DNA of 63,726 bases, counting the filler, from Aduncisulcus paluster (taxonomy: Eukaryota): assembly GCA_024181965.1 (NCBI GenBank). It is 16 parts of 16 records of this genome, joined end to end, with 100 filler letters (N's around TTAATTAATTAA, not from the genome) between each part and the next. Parts side by side here need not be neighbours in the genome. Positions count along the whole stretch, not along the records: positions 29,298 to 42,502 come from BQXS01000482.1; positions 42,603 to 43,950 come from BQXS01000485.1; positions 44,051 to 45,426 come from BQXS01000486.1; 13 more parts are not named here. One strand, given 5' to 3'. The notes under the pieces were generated by a model. The model was given only the letters and a program-made list of their open reading frames with translations. It did not search any database and had not been told where the DNA came from. Of the stretch, positions 32,513-45,526 are shown one piece after another; position 1 is the stretch's first letter, and the number at the start of each line of letters is the position of its first letter. The position numbers and the translations under genes are program-made.

Positions 32513-34621
32513 TCAATCATCGATATCCTCTAAATCAATAAATTCTTCTGCTTTTTCTTCTGCTTTTTCTTCTGCTTTTTCTTCTGCTTTTTCTTCTTTT
32601 TCAACCTTTCTTGTCTCACCGAATATTTTCATAGCAGAGGTTTGTGAGGGTTCAATTTCGGATATCATTGGTATTTCTTGAATTGCTGGCTTTGTTTTCG
32701 ATATTATCTCCGGTTTCTGTTTCTGTTTTGGCTTTTGCTTTTGCTTTTGCATTTCCTTTTGCTTTTTTGCTTCTTTTTTCTCCATTTCTTCTTCTTTCTT
32801 CTTTTTTTCCTGAATAATCAAATTGTCCCTTTTCTCTTCAGCTTGTTTCCTCTTCTCCTCCTCATCTTCTCGAATCTTTTTCAACCGCTTACACTGATGT
32901 TTGTGAGACTCCTTCCAATCTTTTTTCTGGCACTCTCTCGAACAATACCACACCGATTTACACCGGCTGCACCGAAATTGAGCATTTGAACCACCACACG
33001 AGGCACATGGTGGACGAGAAAAGACGTCAATGTATGAATCATCACAATAAACGTCAATCAAAGAGCTCAGATCACGGCTTCTCTCTTCAGATCTGGATGT
33101 AAGTAACCTGGGTAATATGACGTGGATAGCAATGAAGAAAAAGGCATGAAGGGTCTGCTGAGAAGGAATGAGACGTGATGGGTATGGAATTGTTCGATAT
33201 ACATTCACTTGAGCGGGAGAGAGAGAGGAGAGAACGTCAGAAATACTAGTAGTAGAACAAGAGCTGGCAGCTTCTTCTTCTGTCACATCAGTATCAACTT
33301 CTTTTGTTCTTTGTTCCTCTTTACATTCTTCGTCTTTCTTAGAGTCTGAAGCCATGAGATATTTTTTCCCCTTAAGATCCCATTGTACACATCTACAGAA
33401 TTGAATGATGGTACAGATATCACGAACTTCATTCTTCTCGGCTACAGACGGGCTTGTACGTTGTCTGAAGAATGTTTCATACTCTTCCCGCATTGTGGAC
33501 ATCATGGCACTCACTTGTTCTATTTTGAAAGAGGAAGATTTAATAAATTGCGCCAACTCTTGCCTTTTGCGCACATCAGTTCCTCTGTCGCTTGCACCAG
33601 CAAGACCCATATCCTGAAGCTTTGTTCCATATCCTTGAGAGATGTTACAGAGGCCCGGAAGAGCACCTTCGCCACTAATACCGACATTCTCACAGACTCT
33701 CTTCACCTTCGACAATAAGGGGAGTTGATCGCAGAGAGAGGTGTGAATACGTTTGCTGAGGGTCTTCACGGCTTCTAAACGAGACTCTGAGAGATGGTAA
33801 CGAGCAGTGATCGTGGGGGAAAGTATAAACATGGCGAGGGTAACCCAGACAGAACCGTTTGTATTGAATAGCTTGTTGTATGAACTCGCAGGGAGAGGTT
33901 GCCAGACGTTGTCAAGGTAATGCTCCAAAGATGTCGTCTTTGTGGCACTTGGAACTATTTTGACCGACTTTCTCACCCATGGTTGTTGAGAAACTGGAAG
34001 TGATAAAATACTTGATAAATACAGAAACATATCGTGTTGTTCAGTAAAAGAACTCAAAACACTAAGAGATAAACTATCAATATTCGCAACAATATGCCGG
34101 AATATGGAAAGGGCTGAAATACAACAAGCAAACCGAATATCTCTAGTTTGAATGGCTTCACGAGGAATTGCAGGAAGATTCCAGTCAAACTCATTGTGTA
34201 TCAATTCAACCGTCTTCTTTGCACAATATTCGACTAGTTCCATATTCAAATCACCCAGAGTTTTAACAGCATCTTCTGCATATTGGAAGGATATTTCAAG
34301 GAGATTGAGTAAAACACTCTCATAAAACTGCATGAAATACCATTTTACACTTATATTGTCGGCTGTCACGTGCTTATCACGGAAAACACGATCATAGATG
34401 AGTGGAGATATAACGGAATTCACTTGCTCAGCAACAATCAATTCATGCAAAAGTATTGGGAGCTTCTCTTCTTCGAGAATCATCTCAATAACACTTGGAT
34501 CTTTTTGCGATTCGGCCACAATTTTCTGTATATCTGATAACTGCTGAGTATATTGCGAAGTACCCACCTTTTGGAGTGGAAACTTTGTTATTTTTCGGAT
34601 AAGAGGTCGCATTTTTATCAA
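32513..34621 (-). CDS. ZMYND10: ZMYND10-like MYND zinc-finger protein (dynein arm assembly factor)
   Basis: N-terminal KLPILLHELIVAE, ESVLLNLLE, ELVEYCAKK, QHD and PWVR match ZMYND10 blocks. MYND finger CASC...CSRCKSVWYCSRECQKKDWKESHKHQC. Tail has AEEK repeats. Confidence 0.8.
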   Translation of the reverse strand: MIKMRPLIRKITKFPLQKVGTSQYTQQLSDIQKIVAESQKDPSVIEMILEEEKLPILLHELIVAEQVNSVISPLIYDRVFRDKHVTADNISVKWYFMQFYESVLLNLLEISFQYAEDAVKTLGDLNMELVEYCAKKTVELIHNEFDWNLPAIPREAIQTRDIRFACCISALSIFRHIVANIDSLSLSVLSSFTEQHDMFLYLSSILSLPVSQQPWVRKSVKIVPSATKTTSLEHYLDNVWQPLPASSYNKLFNTNGSVWVTLAMFILSPTITARYHLSESRLEAVKTLSKRIHTSLCDQLPLLSKVKRVCENVGISGEGALPGLCNISQGYGTKLQDMGLAGASDRGTDVRKRQELAQFIKSSSFKIEQVSAMMSTMREEYETFFRQRTSPSVAEKNEVRDICTIIQFCRCVQWDLKGKKYLMASDSKKDEECKEEQRTKEVDTDVTEEEAASSCSTTSISDVLSSLSPAQVNVYRTIPYPSRLIPSQQTLHAFFFIAIHVILPRLLTSRSEERSRDLSSLIDVYCDDSYIDVFSRPPCASCGGSNAQFRCSRCKSVWYCSRECQKKDWKESHKHQCKRLKKIREDEEEKRKQAEEKRDNLIIQEKKKKEEEMEKKEAKKQKEMQKQKQKPKQKQKPEIISKTKPAIQEIPMISEIEPSQTSAMKIFGETRKVEKEEKAEEKAEEKAEEKAEEFIDLEDIDD

Positions 34622-34803
34622 TAAATTCCCGTTTAATCAAAACAAGAAAAAAAATCAATCAGAAATTATTGCACGCTATAATATTAGAATTGTTGTTAAT
34701 TCTAGCATATAGATTCCCTTTTATTTATAATTTATGGTATTAATATCAAATTTATTTTTAAGATCTGGAATTTAGACAAATTCGCCTTTTTCTTGACGCT
34801 TCA

Positions 34804-37800
34804 ATGCATGGATACGATAGAGATTCAGTTCCAATGGGACCATCCTCCCTGTTTGCTTCATTGGAACATTCGCTTGATTCTTTTGACCACTTTTTAGACA
34901 CTGTACATTCGATATCCACTTCGCCAATACAAAAAACACGTAAATCTTCAAAATCTACACCTATTTTACCTGCACTATCATCTTCTATAAAAAAACAAGA
35001 AAAATATATTCCAAAGCTTGATGCTTCCCAAGATGGTGATAATGGACCACTATCTCCTGTTGCTTTAGCCAAAGAAAGAGATATTAGTGGAAATTATATT
35101 CAAAAAAGTCCAAGATATCAAAATCAATCAAACATTTTATTTGAATCATCGCTTTCTCGAGATAATCATAAACATCCTCCGATTCGCAGTTATTCTTCCT
35201 CCGCTGCCACCTTTCAACGTGGTAAACGCCATAGCGCGTTATCTAGACATGCAACAACAACATCCGAAATCCTCGATGGACAAGATACAGTTAGTGATGA
35301 TTATGAGTCGTTCGATCCTCATCCTCTGCTTCGTCCTCAAAGTTTCTCATTTAAACGGCAGTCATTTACACCCGCTCAAATCCCGTCGATGCCACGGTCT
35401 GCCTCTCGCGAAAAGAATTCAATTGGAACATTAGCCGATGAAGAACGAGAACAATCCACACCCTCAGTACGGCATTTATCCTATTCTGGTCACGATCCTC
35501 AAATATTATCTGAACAACCACCGCCACGATACTCCAAACAGGGCCTGAAACATTCCTCACTTTCGGCTCGGATGTCTCGATTCCACAGAGTTAGCTCTAT
35601 TGTTCTTTCTGATGAATCGTCGCATGCTCAGGAATTATCATTGCCAAAAACAGATCCATTGCACGTATCTGACCGTGACAAAGCATTAGACCAGGTTCCC
35701 ATCAGTCCTCAGTTTATCAGAAGGAAACAGGAGAGCCATGGAAGGAGGAAAGGAACAGAAATTGAGTTAATTGATCGTCAGTATCATAACTCAGAAAGAA
35801 GAGAAGAAGAACAATATCACCAATCGCAACATACTCCATTTTCTACCCAATCTTCCCTTCACCAAACCCATGATCCTTCCACTCCCCATATTGATATAAG
35901 GACTTCTATTGCAGGGGAAGGTGAAGAAGATGGAGAGACGTCCCTTCAGCATATCTCTCAATATAAGCATTCAACCATACCATCTCAACCATGCTCAAGC
36001 CCACACGTTACTTCAAAACCTCCTTCTTCCTCTTCCTCTTCAGCACGTGCTGTAACATCAGGAAACTCGAGCAAAGAAGAAGAAGATGGATCAAATAATT
36101 CATCCGATTTCCATAAAGATTTTATTCATTATGTGCCATCTTCCAATCCTCAATTTATGTCCGATGTTCATTCCGTTTCCACTACATCTACCCTTATGAA
36201 AAGCTCTAATTCCGGCAAACTCCCAGGTTCCAAACCATCGACAATGTCTCCTTCATCCCCAACGCAACACAAGGCCTCTCCAATCCACGTATTCATTGAT
36301 GAGTATGGAAGGACCATTCAATCACCCACACACACACAGCAGCATGTTGGGATCTTACAGAACACTGCCACCACTGCCACCACTGCCACTAATGGTCAAG
36401 CAAGGGAGGACGGGATGGTTAGGGCACGGTCTTTAAGTGTAAGCAAGATAGAAAGCACACAATATAACCAACAACAACGAAGGCTATCAAACCCTTTCGT
36501 TTCCTCTTCATCCTCTTCCTCTTCAGCACGTGCTGTAACATCAGGAAACTCGAGCAAAGAAGAAGAAGATGGATCAAATAATTCATCCGATTTCCATAAA
36601 GATTTTATTCATTATGTGCCATCTTCCAATCCTCAATTTATGTCCGATGTTCATTCCGTTTCCACTACATCTACCCTTATGAAAAGCTCTAATTCCGGCA
36701 AACTCCCAGGTTCCAAACCATCGACAATGTCTCCTTCATCCCCAACGCAACACAAGGCCTCTCCAATCCACGTATTCATTGATGAGTATGGAAGGACCAT
36801 TCAATCACCCACACACACACAGCAGCATGTTGGGATCTTACAGAACACTGCCACCACTGCCACCACTGCCACTAATGGTCAAGCAAGGGAGGACGGGATG
36901 GTTAGGGCACGGTCTTTAAGTGTAAGCAAGATAGAAAGCACACAATATAACCAACAACAACGAAGGCTATCAAACCCTTTCGTTTCCTCTTCATCCTCTT
37001 CCTCTTCATCCAGGAAACTCGAGCAAAGAAGAAGAAGATGGATCAAATAATTCATCCGATTTCCATAAAGATTTTATTCATTATGTGCCATCTTCCAATC
37101 CTCAATTTATGTCCGATGTTCATTCCGTTTCCACTACATCTACCCTTATGAAAAGCTCTAATTCCGGCAAACTCCCAGGTTCCAAACCATCGACAATGTC
37201 TCCTTCATCCCCAACGCAACACAAGGCCTCTCCAATCCACGTATTCATTGATGAGTATGGAAGGACCATTCAATCACCCACACACACACAGCAGCATGTT
37301 GGGATCTTACAGAACACTGCCACCACTGCCACCACTGCCACTAATGGTCAAGCAAGGGAGGACGGGATGGTTAGGGCACGGTCTTTAAGTGTAAGCAAGA
37401 TAGAAAGCACACAATATAACCAACAACAACGAAGGCTATCAAACCCTTTCGTTTCCTCTTCATCCTCTTCCTCTTCATCCTCTTCCTCTTCTTCTGATTC
37501 CTCTGGTGACAATGCTCTTGTTACTGGGGGAATCGTATCTCCCGATAAATCATCATATAAACAACAACTACCTCTAACCAGTGAGGCTGTTCTAGATCAT
37601 TCTAAATCCAAATATAAGACACAAGATGATCTTACCGGTGCTTCTTTGATGATGTCTCCTTCCTTTATAAGGTCTCAGGGATCCAAACCACAGTCACAGG
37701 CATTCACACAGGGAGGAAAAGGAGTAGCCAATGGTGATGTCTCCACTGATGATGTGTATCAAGCTTCCATGCCTTCTTGCATGGTCAAGAGTGATCATCA

Positions 37801-38371
37801 CTCGACACATCCTAACACAACTATTGTGCAAACTAGTGAAGGATTTCCAACCATCACTTCTCCTTCAACTAATTCTATATCCAAAACTCAGACACATTCT
37901 GCTCGTCTAAATGGTAATATAACAGCGAGTGAAGGAGAAGGATCTGGAATAGAAGCCTCTACTACCACTCCTATGATACGTACCAGGGATATTCCAAGGG
38001 AGACCAAAGACATGCTCGAACACTCTCCTTCTGTGAGTCGCTGTGTCCTTCAATCTAATGTTGAAGGGGGATCAACAATGCTTCATTCGGCTACAACAAC
38101 TTCCAAGCCCCGTGATCATACTGATGGTGATCATTCTTTATCTCGTTATGATAGATCTTCGGACCCATCTCCAATCGATGCTGGGAGGATGCTTCCTATT
38201 ATGACCGAAAATGGAACTGTTGTTCCAATGTGGTCATGCATTCCCCTTGGAACTGGGAAGAAACAAAGCAAGAATAAGAAAAAGAACAAAGATATCATGT
38301 TAATAGGCACCAAAAGGGGACGATCAGGCAATTTATCAGGATACTCTCAATCGTCTGAATCCTCCTCCTCT

Positions 38372-38403
<32 letters not shown>

Positions 38404-40768
38404 ATCTTCTTCTGCTTCTGATTCGTATGAATATGAAAACACACAAGAGTTGAAAGCTCGGAAAGAACGGGAAGCTATAGAGAGAGAAGAAGAGATAGAG
38501 AGAGAAGTTCAGCGGAGGTTGAAGGAAATTCGTAAGAGAGAGCAAGAAGAAGCTGAAGAATCAAAGAGGAGAGAAGCAAAGAGGAAAGAAGCAAAGAGTA
38601 AGAAAAAGAGTAAGAAAAACAGGAGTCACGAGAAAGAGGAGGAAAGAGAGAGAGGGGGGACAACAGGTAAAGGTAAAGAAAAGAGGATAGATCGTGAGGG
38701 TAGACAATCAGTGAGATCAAGGGATTCTTCAAGAGGTGAGAAAGAAAGAGGGAGAACAAGGAAAGAAGAAGAGTCTTCTGCTTCTTCATCGGGATCCTCG
38801 CATCCACCGAGTGATAAGGACTCACTCATACCTGAAGATACCACTGCTCGGCAGGATGATAGTGAGAAGTCCTCAAGTATGGTTAGTAATAATGGGACAC
38901 AGGAAAAGATTCAGTATGATGAACCAGATGATAATGAATCTTCCTCTTCTTCCTCCTCCTCCTCCTCTTCTTCCTCCTCTTCCTCTTCTTCCTCTAACTC
39001 TCATCGTGGGGCGAGAAGGAAGGAAAAGGAGGAAAGTCGTAGAGGATCATCCAAACATGGGAAACCATCACAGCCAAATAAGGTCAGGAGAGAAGATAGG
39101 AGAGAAGCTAAGGTAAAGAAAAGAGGATAGATCGTGAGGGTAGACAATCAGTGAGATCAAGGGATTCTTCAAGAGGTGAGAAAGAAAGAGGGAGAACAAG
39201 GAAAGAAGAAGAGTCTTCTGCTTCTTCATCGGGATCCTCGCATCCACCGAGTGATAAGGACTCACTCATACCTGAAGATACCACTGCTCGGCAGGATGAT
39301 AGTGAGAAGTCCTCAAGTATGGTTAGTAATAATGGGACACAGGAAAAGATTCAGTATGATGAACCAGATGATAATGAATCTTCCTCTTCTTCCTCCTCCT
39401 CCTCCTCTTCTTCCTCCTCTTCCTCTTCTTCCTCTAACTCTCATCGTGGGGCGAGAAGGAAGGAAAAGGAGGAAAGTCGTAGAGGATCATGAAAGAAGAA
39501 GATCATCGGGATCCTCGCATCCACCGAGTGATAAGGACTCACTCATACCTGAAGATACCACTGCTCGGCAGGATGATAGTGAGAAGTCCTCAAGTATGGT
39601 TAGTAATAATGGGACACAGGAAAAGATTCAGTATGATGAACCAGATGATAATGAATCTTCCTCTTCTTCCTCCTCCTCCTCCTCTTCTTCCTCCTCTTCC
39701 TCTTCTTCCTCTAACTCTCATCGTGGGGCGAGAAGGAAGGAAAAGGAGGAAAGTCGTAGAGGATCATCCAAACATGGGAAACCATCACAGCCAAATAAGG
39801 TCAGGAGAGAAGATAGGAGAGAAGACTACAGGAAGACGGACAGAACAGATGGGCATTCAGATGCAACAAGATCGTTACAAAGTGTGAGTCGCAGTAGTAA
39901 TTCAACGCAGATTCAATCATCGCCCCGGTTGGACGGTTTTGGACGGTATGGTGAAACCGAAAGGGATGATCGAGACGGTTGGGCCGATAGTCCTTCTCGC
40001 ATTCGTTTCATGGATGGTTCTTCTCCCAAGCACCTTAAACAGGTCGAACGTGAGCGTCAACGTTTAATTAGCCTTGATAGTCGCAAAAGGAAAGAACAGA
40101 TGGAAAGAGAGAGGAGAAGAGATGAAAAACAGAGGAGATTTGAGCGCAAACAAGAGTGGAAAGAGGAGAAACGGCGTCGAAAAGAAGATGAAGAGGATGA
40201 ATCGTTCAGTCTTTCCCCATCCAACCCTCGAAGACACTCCCAGCGTCTGTCAAAAGAAGGAAAGGATTCTTGGAAAGGCAAGAAGTCGAAAGATTATTCT
40301 CACTCACATTCTAAAAATAGTCGTTCCTCAAAATATCATGGTGGTCGTGAAGATAAGAAGGGGAAAAGAACCTCTTATGGTGATGAAGAGGCTTCTGAAG
40401 GATCGTCTTCGTATTGTGGTGATGATTCTCCCCATCGCAAATATAATGTTGGTTCTTCACTCTCAGCAGGTAGTAAGAAAAATGGTTCTCGAGGTGCAGG
40501 ATCGTCTCGTGGAAAAGATATAGCAAACCATGAAAAATATTCGTATTATCATTCCCCTCTTCCCCATCCTCCTTCCAAAGTGACGCCTAAATCTACCCCG
40601 ATTTTCCGTCGGAGCACGTTTTACCGGAGTGCCATTGAGGACATTTCCTTTGATGATGAAGACACGACGAACACGCCGTCCCTCACGCCTGACGTTGCTG
40701 GTGGTGTTGACGGTGACTCTTATGAATATTATGATGAGTATTTTGAAGATGATGAAGACAAGAGTTGA
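34804..40768 (+). CDS. Large intrinsically disordered Ser/Arg/Glu-rich protein, fragmented by internal tandem duplications
   Basis: ORFs 34804-37050, 37085-39130 and 39176-40768 join into one frame if the repeated blocks are collapsed (about 480 bp x3 at 36030-37490; about 330-440 bp x3 at 38670-39825). No recognisable domain. Confidence 0.6.
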
Positions 40769-41442
40769 AGATATCAATGTTGTTCCGACCTTTCAATGCT
40801 ATATATATTGTCTGTATTCTGTGTCACAGAGCTCTGTACAGAATCTGTATCAGTATGCAGTGTATGTCATGCCATGTACTTCGACACTCAGTGCAAGTGA
40901 AAAGCAACCTTTCGAAGGATCAAATCAATTAAAAAAAAAAAAAATTGTGGCGTTGTCACCTACTTTTGTAGCACAAGGATAATTCTTGGATAATCCAAGC
41001 TTGGATTTATTATTTCTGTTGTTTTTTTTGGTACGAAATTCAATTTCGGATATTGAATAAAATGAACTTAATTTTAATAGAAATTATTAGATTTAGAACA
41101 AGCAAAAAGGCTAATTTTCTCAAGCAATTCGGTTAGTAAAATACGTGAAGGACATATCAAAGCATTCTTTGTCACTAACAGAATGCAGTCGCTCAGTCAA
41201 TTGTTGAACAAAGTGGGGGATGAAAAAAAAAAAAAAAGAGAAATTAGATAGATTTTAAGTTGTGAATACAAAACCCGGAAGGAAACACTGGCTCTGAGGC
41301 AATAATCAAATAATTTGATTCAAATTTTAGATCGAGATTCAACAAATCGTGTTTTTCCTTGCAACTGCGGGAGGTTACTGGTGTTTATTGTCTTTTATTA
41401 TTTCAATTAAATTTCGATATTTGCGTGTTTTTATTGTTTGTG

Positions 41443-42267
41443 ATGAGAATTATTGGCAAATGTATTGAAGATTTAGGATCTGGTTATCTTGCGTTTGACA
41501 ACCAGTTTAAAGGCCCCTACCCAATTGGTCATCCAGATCTATCTGAAATTGACGAATCTAAAGCATATGGGGATTATCACAGTGGTGATAATCATTCTGA
41601 TTTATTGGAATTCTTAAGAGGTTATGGAGACATCAATTTCAATCCCAATTTACATCTCCCATTTATTATGCCACATTATCTCGGTAAGTTTGTTGTAAGT
41701 CATTATAGTTTTCGGAATGGAATCAAAGATTTCAATGCCACATTCACAACATCAGATGGCAAGAAGATAACAAAAGAATACCAAATGGGAGAGATGCCTC
41801 CAAATCATATTTTCTGGCAAGAGTTCCCTATAGATATTGATAATGTTACTTCTTGTGATATTCATGTTATATCGTCATGGGATGGAAAACAAGAAGATAT
41901 TAATTTGGAAGGCATTCGATTCGTGATTGACAAAGAACAAGAAGCAAAGAAAGAAAAAGAAAGGAAAGAACAGATTGAAAGAGAACTCAAACGCGCCGAA
42001 ATGAAAGACTTAATGAGTGATTTTATCTCTTCCACTCAGCAGAGATTTGAAGAGCTTGAAAAGAAGTTATCTGATGAAAAGGAACAGAGAGTACATGATA
42101 AAGAAGAGTTTGAAAAGATTAGAGAGAAAGATAGAAAAGAGTTTGAGAAAGAACTTCAATCCAAACAATCTCAGATCGTTTCCCTGCTGTCGACTCTTTC
42201 ACAAGTGCAACAAAAGTCTGAATCTGACCGTTTGCGTCTTTCTCGAGAGTTTTCGTCTGTGCAATGA
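41443..42267 (+). CDS. Expanded-family protein with long coiled-coil tail; copy 3
   Basis: Same N-terminal domain as 30480-31061 and 31453-32001, followed by an E/K-rich coiled coil. The frame stays open past the TGA at 42265. Confidence 0.8.
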   Translation: MRIIGKCIEDLGSGYLAFDNQFKGPYPIGHPDLSEIDESKAYGDYHSGDNHSDLLEFLRGYGDINFNPNLHLPFIMPHYLGKFVVSHYSFRNGIKDFNATFTTSDGKKITKEYQMGEMPPNHIFWQEFPIDIDNVTSCDIHVISSWDGKQEDINLEGIRFVIDKEQEAKKEKERKEQIERELKRAEMKDLMSDFISSTQQRFEELEKKLSDEKEQRVHDKEEFEKIREKDRKEFEKELQSKQSQIVSLLSTLSQVQQKSESDRLRLSREFSSVQ

Positions 42268-42602
42268 GAACTGTCCTGCGTGTCTGCCCGTGTGTCTGGC
42301 GGCACTGCCGAAGTGAGTGGCCGTGTGCAGAGCATGTATGAGCACACTGTTTCCCACCGTGCAGGCGTTCTGTCTGTTGTTGGAGAGCATGTTGATGTGA
42401 GTTGTGATGTGTCGACGATGAGTTCCACGCTGATGACGTCTGTGCCAAACATGGGAAACCATCACAGGTCTTCCTCTTCTTCTGATTCCTCTGGTGACAA
42501 TGNNNNNNNNNNNNNNNNNNNNNNNNNNNNNNNNNNNNNNNNNNNNTTAATTAATTAANNNNNNNNNNNNNNNNNNNNNNNNNNNNNNNNNNNNNNNNNN
42601 NN

Positions 42603-43950
42603 AAAAAACTTCTTGATCCGCGGACATCAATTGATCCAACCCTCTCTCTCTCTATTCTCAAGTCTATCGTCAACATCTCAAAATCTATTTTTTTCCATGA
42701 TATTCCGCACGAATATTTAGAGAATCTTGATATGTTTTTCAAGTATTTAATCTTTATTATCAATGAGATTCCCCTTCCAGATGTGGAATCATCTCCCAAA
42801 CATCGTCCTCACCTCGTAGATGAGCTCAAAGAAGAGGTTGTGAATGTTTTTACTCTATGTATTCAGAAATACTTCGAAGATATCAGTGGTGAGCCCAATC
42901 CTGATTCAGCCTATGCCCCAGTCGCCAAGGACACTATCCAAAACATGACAAGTGCCGTCTGGACGAATCTAAGCAAGATGGGTCTCATCCGGCGGTTCAA
43001 TAATTGTGCCCATGCCTCTCTTCGTTTCCTTTCCTGTGTTGTTAACAGTCCCAGCTACTCATTATTCGAGTCCAAGGAACTCCTTCGCAAGATCATTGAT
43101 GATGCAATCCTTCCCTCTCTCATGCATGGTGAGTCCGATGAAGATCTGTTCACCTCCGATCCAAGGCTCTATTGCAACATTCAGCTTGACTCATCGACCA
43201 TCTCTATGACTGGAAGCTGTATCAACGAGAGACGTAAGGCAGCCAAAGTCCTCATGCGGGCACTGTTGCAAAGGTTCGAGGACCAAATCACTGGGTATGT
43301 GAATGCCAAGCTCCGTGATATTTTACCCAAGCTTCGTGTTGATCACCAGGGCGATAAAGAGCCTGTCTGTGCCTTGATATCTCTCCTCTCTCTCTTCTCT
43401 TCCGTGTCTGCGAAGTCTTTGCATCCTTTCTGCGGTGTATCCATGATCTTTTCCAACTGTGAAGTACAAGGCATGTACACTAATGTTGTTCGTCCTTTCC
43501 TCGAATCAGTTGCACAGGGCAAATCGATCAGCATCCACTCCCATTTCCCTCTGGTGCCGATTGCTGTCTGCGAGTGCTTCAAGTTCTGCTCAGACTATAG
43601 AGCCTTTATCGATGTTGATCCCTCTGGCAAACGTGAGTGTCCTCTATTCGATCTCTCTTTATTCGCATGCATGATATTGAGACAAATTAAGGAGGATGAA
43701 CTCGAAACTATGGAGGCAGTGTTCAGCTATTGTGCTTATTTCATGGGAAAGACTTTCAGACTTACAAAGGAAGTTGGAGAGTGTGTGCGTGCTGGAAAGT
43801 CTCTATCTGAACTCCCTGATGAATTCCTCCCTTCTAGAAGCTCCAACTATGTCATCCCTTCGCTTGGGATCAAGACCCTGATCATGAAACACCAATTATT
43901 GCGTGTGTTCAGTGCCTTTGTGAGTGTGGATCGTCAGAATGAGTATATTA
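42603..43950 (+). CDS. CSE1: Exportin-2 (Cse1/CAS)-like importin-beta family protein, internal fragment
   Basis: IIDDAILPSLMHGESDEDLFTSDPRLY...ERRKAAKVLMRALLQRFE matches the Cse1 block IxPNxxxxxxDEELFEDxPxEY...TRRxAA; ISKSIFFHDIPHEYLENL also fits. Confidence 0.72.
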
Positions 43951-44895
43951 NNNNNNNNNNNNNNNNNNNNNNNNNNNNNNNNNNNNNNNNNNNNTTAATT
44001 AATTAANNNNNNNNNNNNNNNNNNNNNNNNNNNNNNNNNNNNNNNNNNNNGCTGGAGGAGCCAGACCACGACGTCACCAGGTCAGACCACCTTGCACACA
44101 ACCGTGGAAGTCGGACTGTGAAGGCTACCGAACCAACACCCCGGGAGGACACCGATAAAGGAAACCTAGGATCTAAAAATAGATCGTCGAAACCCTTGAG
44201 AAACTCCAGAAGATTCTGGAACCATAGATTGATCATCTACTACGTTCGTGTCATAGTATCCGAATAGCTGCGATCACAAAGTGATCTGGGAAAGTGAGAG
44301 GAGGATGTGGTATCCTTGCAGGTTCTCAGAGGATCTATTTATAGAACCGACTATGATGTGTTCGTTTATTAATAAATTGTACGTAAGCTTTATCGCATTC
44401 TACCATAATGTTATCGAAAATCTAGTTAAATTATAATTACCTATATAATTTTTTTTATTTATAATTATAAATATTAAGTGATTAATGGAGGGGAAGGAAT
44501 GAAGTGAAATTGCTCTCTGAGAAGAAAAGGGGGTAGTGTGGCATGTGGAACATTGCCGGAACTAGATATGGATCGATTAGATATAGTAAATTGTGCTCAG
44601 TTATAGATCTAGCGCCGCTATCAAACTACAAGAATGACGTGACAAGTATTGAAGAGAGTAACATATTATAGTAAATTGTGCTCACCACAAGAATTTTATT
44701 TTCCAGGAATATTACAATAGTATTGGTGTTAGATCTCTAGGTTAAGGAGTATTATGACGTTTTATTATCGGATATGATGGTTACTAATTTGTTTTGTTTA
44801 ATTAAGTGCTCACCTGTTTAGTTATTGCTTTCTTATTAAAGAAGGCCGGGTGTGGTGATCACCTTTAGATATCCAATCATGAAAATATTAAAATG

Positions 44896-44968
44896 TCATA
44901 TATGGTTCAGTTGGTATGGCAGCTGTCTGCTGTACTGCTAGTCCTGGGTTCAAGTCCCAGGAGATGTA
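44896..44968 (+). pseudogene. Degenerate tRNA-like element (tRNA pseudogene or SINE head)
   Basis: A box TGGTTCAGTTGG, perfect T arm CTGGG-TTCAAGT-CCCAG, imperfect anticodon arm with loop CTGCTGT, broken acceptor stem, then TTTT. Confidence 0.6.
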
Positions 44969-45092
44969 TTTTATTAACGTACTGTAAGGTACTGTAGCTT
45001 GTCATGAGGGATGACATGACAAGCATTATGACCATTGAAGTCTATTAAAGTAAATTTGCTACAGCCACAAGTATTTTATTGTTATTCACCAC

Positions 45093-45426
45093 ACCAGTCA
45101 ATTTCAGAGATTCAACGATTCATGCAATTATTATGGAAAATTTTTCATTTTCATAAGCCCTATGAGTCTAGAAACATTAATTCCAATGTCAAATTCGCCA
45201 AGAAAAAAGCGGTCACGCAGGAAAAATAGATTTCAGTGGTCAGACCAGTCAATTTCAGAGATTCAACGATTCATGCAATTATTATGGAAAATTTTTCATT
45301 TTCATAAGCCCTATGAGTCTAGAAACATTAATTCCAATGTCAAATTCGCCAAGAAAAAAGCGGTCACGCAGGAAAAATAGATTTCAGTGGTCAGACCAGT
45401 CAATTTCAGAGATTCAACGATTCATG
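45093..45426. repeat. Perfect 151-bp tandem repeat, about 2.2 copies, running into the contig end
   Basis: The unit ACCAGTCAATTTCAGAG...TTTCAGTGGTCAG recurs at 45093, 45244 and 45395. Confidence 0.9.
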
Positions 45427-45526
45427 NNNNNNNNNNNNNNNNNNNNNNNNNNNNNNNNNNNNNNNNNNNNTTAATTAATTAANNNNNNNNNNNNNNNNNN
45501 NNNNNNNNNNNNNNNNNNNNNNNNNN

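Noticed and set aside
36030-39825. Triplicated blocks in the Ser-rich gene as a repeat protein or programmed frameshift
   Set aside because: Copies are identical, several junctions fall in TCY microsatellites or purine-rich runs, and most break the frame; most likely misassembly, though long reads would be needed to be certain.
42448-42502. Contig tail matching 39051-39073 and 37481-37514
   Set aside because: A patchwork of short pieces from the Ser-rich gene at a contig end; chimeric assembly debris.
45093-45426. 151-bp repeat as a CRISPR array
   Set aside because: Units are identical along their whole length with no unique spacers, no cas genes are present, and the context is eukaryotic.
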